From contig NZ_CP010048.1 of NCBI RefSeq assembly GCF_000973505.1, positions 180,001 to 212,000 of the forward strand: a stretch of DNA of 32,000 nt, in the 5' to 3' direction. Positions 30,936 to 32,000 of this stretch are shown here, piece after piece. Source of the DNA: Candidatus Saccharimonadota bacterium. Lineage in GTDB: Bacteria; Pseudomonadota; Gammaproteobacteria; Enterobacterales; Enterobacteriaceae. The translations under genes and the position numbers were made by a program. The notes beneath the pieces are model-generated. The model ran no database searches. It had not been told where the DNA came from and saw nothing but the letters and a program-made list of their open reading frames with translations. Position 1 is the stretch's first letter, and every line of letters begins with the position of its first letter.

Positions 30936-32000
30936 ATGAGTGAACCAATTAGTTTTTTATCATATTATTATTGTATGATGATGGGTTCTTTCATGTTTAT
31001 ATGGATATTATCAGGATGCTCTTATGAGCATCCTTCTTACGAAAATATATGTATTAGTAATATTGATCGTTCTATCCGTGAATTTTCTCTAGATTCGGAG
31101 GATCCTCATCATCGTGTATCTGGTGATCGGAAGAAGTTATTAAATTCATCTACTATAAAATATAATGCTAGTGATTCTGGTTATCATCATGACTATAATT
31201 ATGGTAATAAAGGTTCATATTCTTCCTGTTGTTATGTAGTTAAGCCTGGTGATACCTTGTTTTATATTGCTTGGATTACTGGAAATAATTGCCATATTTT
31301 AGCGCAAAAAAACAATATTAGTATTAATTCTGTTTTGAAAGTGGGTCAAATTTTGCAAGTAGGTGGTGATAATGAACAGTTGAATGATCGATTTTTTAGA
31401 AAATCTATGCAGCATAATCAGAATCGTAATTTTGATCAGAAATGTAATGTGTCTTTTTGTTTAAATTCATGTAAATCAGGCAGTTGTTCTGATAACAGTA
31501 TTGATGGGAATGTTAATGGTAATATTCATCATATGTTGAATAAAAATTTTATAAATTTGTTATCCTCATCTAATCAAGATTTTTCTATTAGTAGTTCTAA
31601 AAATATTGCATCTGTCAATAAAGAAAAAAAAGTGGAGTTAAATGTCGTTAATAAATCTAGAATAGTGTGGACATGGCCTACGTATGGTAGTATTATTAGT
31701 AGTTTTTCTTCTCTTAATGGGGGGAATAAGGGAATTGATATATCTGGTAAGTTGGGTCAACCTATATTTTCTGTTGCTTCTGGTAAAGTAGTTTATGCAG
31801 GTAATGCTTTAGTTGGATACGGAAATTTAATTATTGTTAAGCATAATGATGATTTTTTAAGTACATATTCGCATAATGAAACAATATTAGTATCTGAACA
31901 GCAATATGTTAAGGGTGGCCAGAAAATAGCTACCATGGGGAGTAGTGACTCAGATGTAATTAAGTTATATTTTGAAATTCGTTATAAAGGAAAATCGGTA
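30936..32000 (+). CDS. nlpD: Murein hydrolase activator lipoprotein NlpD (LysM + degenerate LytM/M23 domain), 5' part; the ORF runs off the window end
   Basis: Not in the supplied ORF track because there is no stop in the window. I translated it by hand: ATG 30936, preceded by GAGGAA. The frame stays open for 355 codons to nt 32000. Lipobox ILSGC. LysM YVVKPGDTLFYIAWITGNNCHILAQKNNI...VGQILQV. LytM region WTWPTYGSIISSFSSLNGGNKGIDISG...VVYAGNALVGYGNLIIVKHNDDFLSTYSHN...LYFEIRYKGKSV is nearly collinear with E. coli NlpD. Confidence 0.93.
   Translation, partial: MSEPISFLSYYYCMMMGSFMFIWILSGCSYEHPSYENICISNIDRSIREFSLDSEDPHHRVSGDRKKLLNSSTIKYNASDSGYHHDYNYGNKGSYSSCCYVVKPGDTLFYIAWITGNNCHILAQKNNISINSVLKVGQILQVGGDNEQLNDRFFRKSMQHNQNRNFDQKCNVSFCLNSCKSGSCSDNSIDGNVNGNIHHMLNKNFINLLSSSNQDFSISSSKNIASVNKEKKVELNVVNKSRIVWTWPTYGSIISSFSSLNGGNKGIDISGKLGQPIFSVASGKVVYAGNALVGYGNLIIVKHNDDFLSTYSHNETILVSEQQYVKGGQKIATMGSSDSDVIKLYFEIRYKGKSV

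Overview
This is an AT-rich window (roughly 30% GC by eye) with the hallmarks of a reduced gammaproteobacterial (Enterobacterales) insect-endosymbiont genome. Gene content, about 82% coding density (my sum of feature lengths) and long G+T-rich spacers fit a Candidatus Blochmannia-like organism, but I cannot confirm this without a database search. I call 20 protein genes, and all are recognisable housekeeping orthologs: secA (3' part), dksA, folK, acnB, lpdA, aceF, aceE, mrcB, erpA, pyrG, eno, cysJ, cysI, cysH, cysG, cysD, cysN, cysC, ftsB and nlpD. The nlpD gene (5' part) runs off the window end and is missing from the supplied ORF track. Catalytic and cofactor motifs that I checked by eye are intact, and I saw no frameshifted genes. 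I found no tRNA, rRNA, CRISPR array, IS or transposase, phage, defence or toxin-antitoxin genes. No orphan ORF has credible coding signal. I therefore see no evidence of a novel or undescribed system here; this looks like a core-metabolism region of a streamlined genome. The observations worth a second look are evolutionary or architectural. (1) The dksA-to-aceE block is inverted relative to E. coli order. (2) A contiguous cysJIH-cysG-cysDNC sulfate-assimilation supercluster has cysG at the position where E. coli K-12 carries iap and CRISPR-Cas. (3) aceF has a single lipoyl domain and a recoded linker. (4) There is strong strand compositional asymmetry, with strand-specific amino-acid usage (Cys-rich proteins encoded on the + strand). 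(5) Many in-frame 9-10 nt homopolymer tracts occur in CDSs. (6) Gene-loss scars range from a 12 bp gap to a 1.25 kb gene-free spacer. (7) The spacers contain small perfect tandem duplications.
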